DNA from: Candidatus Poribacteria bacterium
GTDB taxonomy: Bacteria; Poribacteria; WGA-4E; GCA-2687025
Assembly: GCA_963665845.2 (NCBI GenBank)
Contig: CAXXJD010000001.1
Span: 1-12,411 of the forward strand
Direction: 5' to 3'
DNA: 12,411 nt
Numbering within the stretch: the first letter of the stretch is position 1; every line of letters starts with the position of its first letter. The notes under the pieces were generated by a model. That model had not been told where the DNA came from. It searched no databases and saw only the letters and a program-made list of their open reading frames with translations. This document shows positions 11,172-12,411 of the stretch, one piece after another. The translations under genes were made by a program, and so were the position numbers.

Positions 11172-11324
11172 GTACGCTCATGCGATGAACTTCATGATTG
11201 ACTTAAAACGTCGGAGCCGCCTGACGTCATTCCCGCGCAAACGGGAATCCAGAGTTTTCCCAGAGAGCCTTCGCATTCCAAAACGGCGCTCTAAAAATCA
11301 AAATCATCGCTTGTAAGTACTGCC
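11168..11324. mobile_element. MITE-like element 2 (157 bp, non-autonomous)
   Basis: Left end GGGAGTACGCTCATGCGATGA (11168-11188) matches the reverse complement of the right end, GGCAGTACTTACAAGCGATGA (11304-11324), at 16/21. Perfect 8-bp flanking direct repeat CTTCCGCG at 11160-11167 and 11325-11332. Confidence 0.72.
11226..11254 (+). repeat. dRS3/REP-like palindrome copy 2 (inside MITE 2)
   Basis: GTC-ATTCCC-GCGCAAAC-GGGAAT-CCAGAG, with an exact ATTCCC-N8-GGGAAT core at 11229-11248. Confidence 0.85.
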
Positions 11325-11341
11325 CTTCCGCGAGGACATGC

Positions 11342-11392
11342 ATTCCCGCGTAAGCGGGAATCTAGAGGCGGCGCAGACGACGTCCGCGTTCG
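11342..11392 (+). repeat. dRS3/REP-like palindrome copy 3 plus second hairpin (outside the MITEs, next to the clpX stop)
   Basis: ATTCCC-GCGTAAGC-GGGAAT core at 11342-11361, then CTAGAGGCGGCGCAGACGACGTCCGCGTTCG. Near-identical to copy 1. Confidence 0.85.
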
Positions 11393-11400
11393 CCAAGCGG

Positions 11401-12411
11401 TTAGGCTGACAACGCTTCCTCGTCTTTATAGATGAGCGACGGCTCCTCGTTTCCGCTCACGACTCCCGGTCCGATGACGCACTCCTGAACGCCGGGAAAG
11501 CGACGGCAGGCGGTACATCACATTCAGCATCGCTTTCTCCATGACGGAGCGAAGCCCGCGGGCGCCTGTTTCGCGCAGTATCGCCTGTCGGGCAATTTCG
11601 CGCAGCGCGGCTTCGGGTATCGTCAGCTTCACATTCTCGTATTCAAAGAACTTCTGATACTGCTTTACAAGGGCGTTTTTCGGCTCGGTGAGTATCCGAA
11701 CAAGCGCGTCTTCATCCAGCTCATACAGGTTTGCCACCACCGGCAGCCGCCCAATCAGCTCCGGTATGAAGCCGAACCGCACAAGGTCTCTCGGCTCCAC
11801 CTGCGCCAGCGAGGCGCCGACGCTGTCATGGGCGCGGTCGCGCAGCTCGGCGCCAAAACCGAGCGACTTCCGACCAAGCCGCTGCTCAACAATCTTTTCT
11901 AAACCGGTGAAGGTTCCGCCCGCGATAAACAGTATGCGCGAGGTGTCGACCTGGATAAACTCCTGATGCGGATGCTTGCGCCCGCCCTGCGGCGGCACAT
12001 TGGCGACGGAGCCTTCCAGAATTTTCAACAGCGCCTGCTGGACGCCTTCGCCGGAGACGTCGCGGGTGATGGAGGGGTTTTCCGACTTGCTCGCGATCTT
12101 GTCGACTTCGTCCAGATAAACGATGCCGGTTTCGGCGCGGTCAACGTCAAAATCGGAGGCTTGCAGCAGTTTGAGTATGATGTTTTCAACATCCTCGCCG
12201 ACATAGCCCGCCTCGGTCAGAGAGGTGGCGTCGGCGATGGTGAACGGCACATTCAACGCGCGCGCCAGCGTCTGCGCCAAGAGCGTCTTGCCGACGCCGG
12301 TCGGTCCAATCAGCAGTATATTGCTTTTCTCCAGCTCAACGTCGGAGCCGTCGTCGCCGGTCTGTATGCGCTTGTAATGGTTGTAGACGGCGACGGCAAG
12401 CGCGATTTTAG
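11401..12411 (-). CDS. clpX: ATP-dependent Clp protease ATP-binding subunit ClpX, 5'-truncated; one +1 frameshift near 11498
   Basis: [32 protein letters not shown] (Walker A), GYVGEDVE pore loop, YLDEVDK (Walker B), [24 protein letters not shown] loop, TGARGLRS. Restored end [32 protein letters not shown], stop at 11403-11401. Confidence 0.97.

Noticed and set aside
11186-11227. Small palindrome ATGAA-C-TTCAT, TTGACT -35-like hexamer and ACGTCGG/CTGACGT hairpin inside MITE 2
   Set aside because: No convincing -10 box at proper spacing, and the elements are too short to distinguish from chance.
11058-11392. CRISPR array; the palindromes, especially 11147-11175, resemble type I-E repeats (CCCCGC-N4-GCGGGG)
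   Set aside because: Spacing is irregular (cores at 11061, 11154, 11229, 11342), orientation is mixed, the copies are not identical, 'spacer' sequence is shared between copies 1 and 3, and there are no cas genes. The I-E-like copy is explained by the MITE junction.
10953-11419. Outer inverted similarity GGAAAGGCGTTGTCAACC (10953-10970) vs GGCTGACAACGCTTCC (11404-11419)
   Set aside because: The core match is only 11/12, the right arm lies within the restored clpX coding end, and there is no flanking duplication. Probably chance.

Overview
High-GC bacterial housekeeping region. Most of it is a tightly packed + strand gene run: a 5'-truncated membrane protein, secA, a GT4 glycosyltransferase, lepA, lepB, hemW, rlmN and a TPR/HEAT-repeat lipoprotein. 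This run converges on a 5'-truncated clpX on the - strand. Every gene is broken by single-base insertions, about 30 in total. All can be read as one extra base, mostly in homopolymers, which is almost certainly a sequencing/assembly artefact rather than pseudogenisation. The most unusual part is the 463-bp convergent intergenic region (10938-11400). It resolves into two different adjacent MITE-like elements (10980-11147 and 11168-11324), each with terminal inverted repeats and a perfect 8-bp flanking direct repeat. Both sit at one small palindrome, and each carries a dRS3/REP-like ATTCCC-N8-GGGAAT palindrome. A third copy of that palindrome lies outside both elements, next to the clpX stop.
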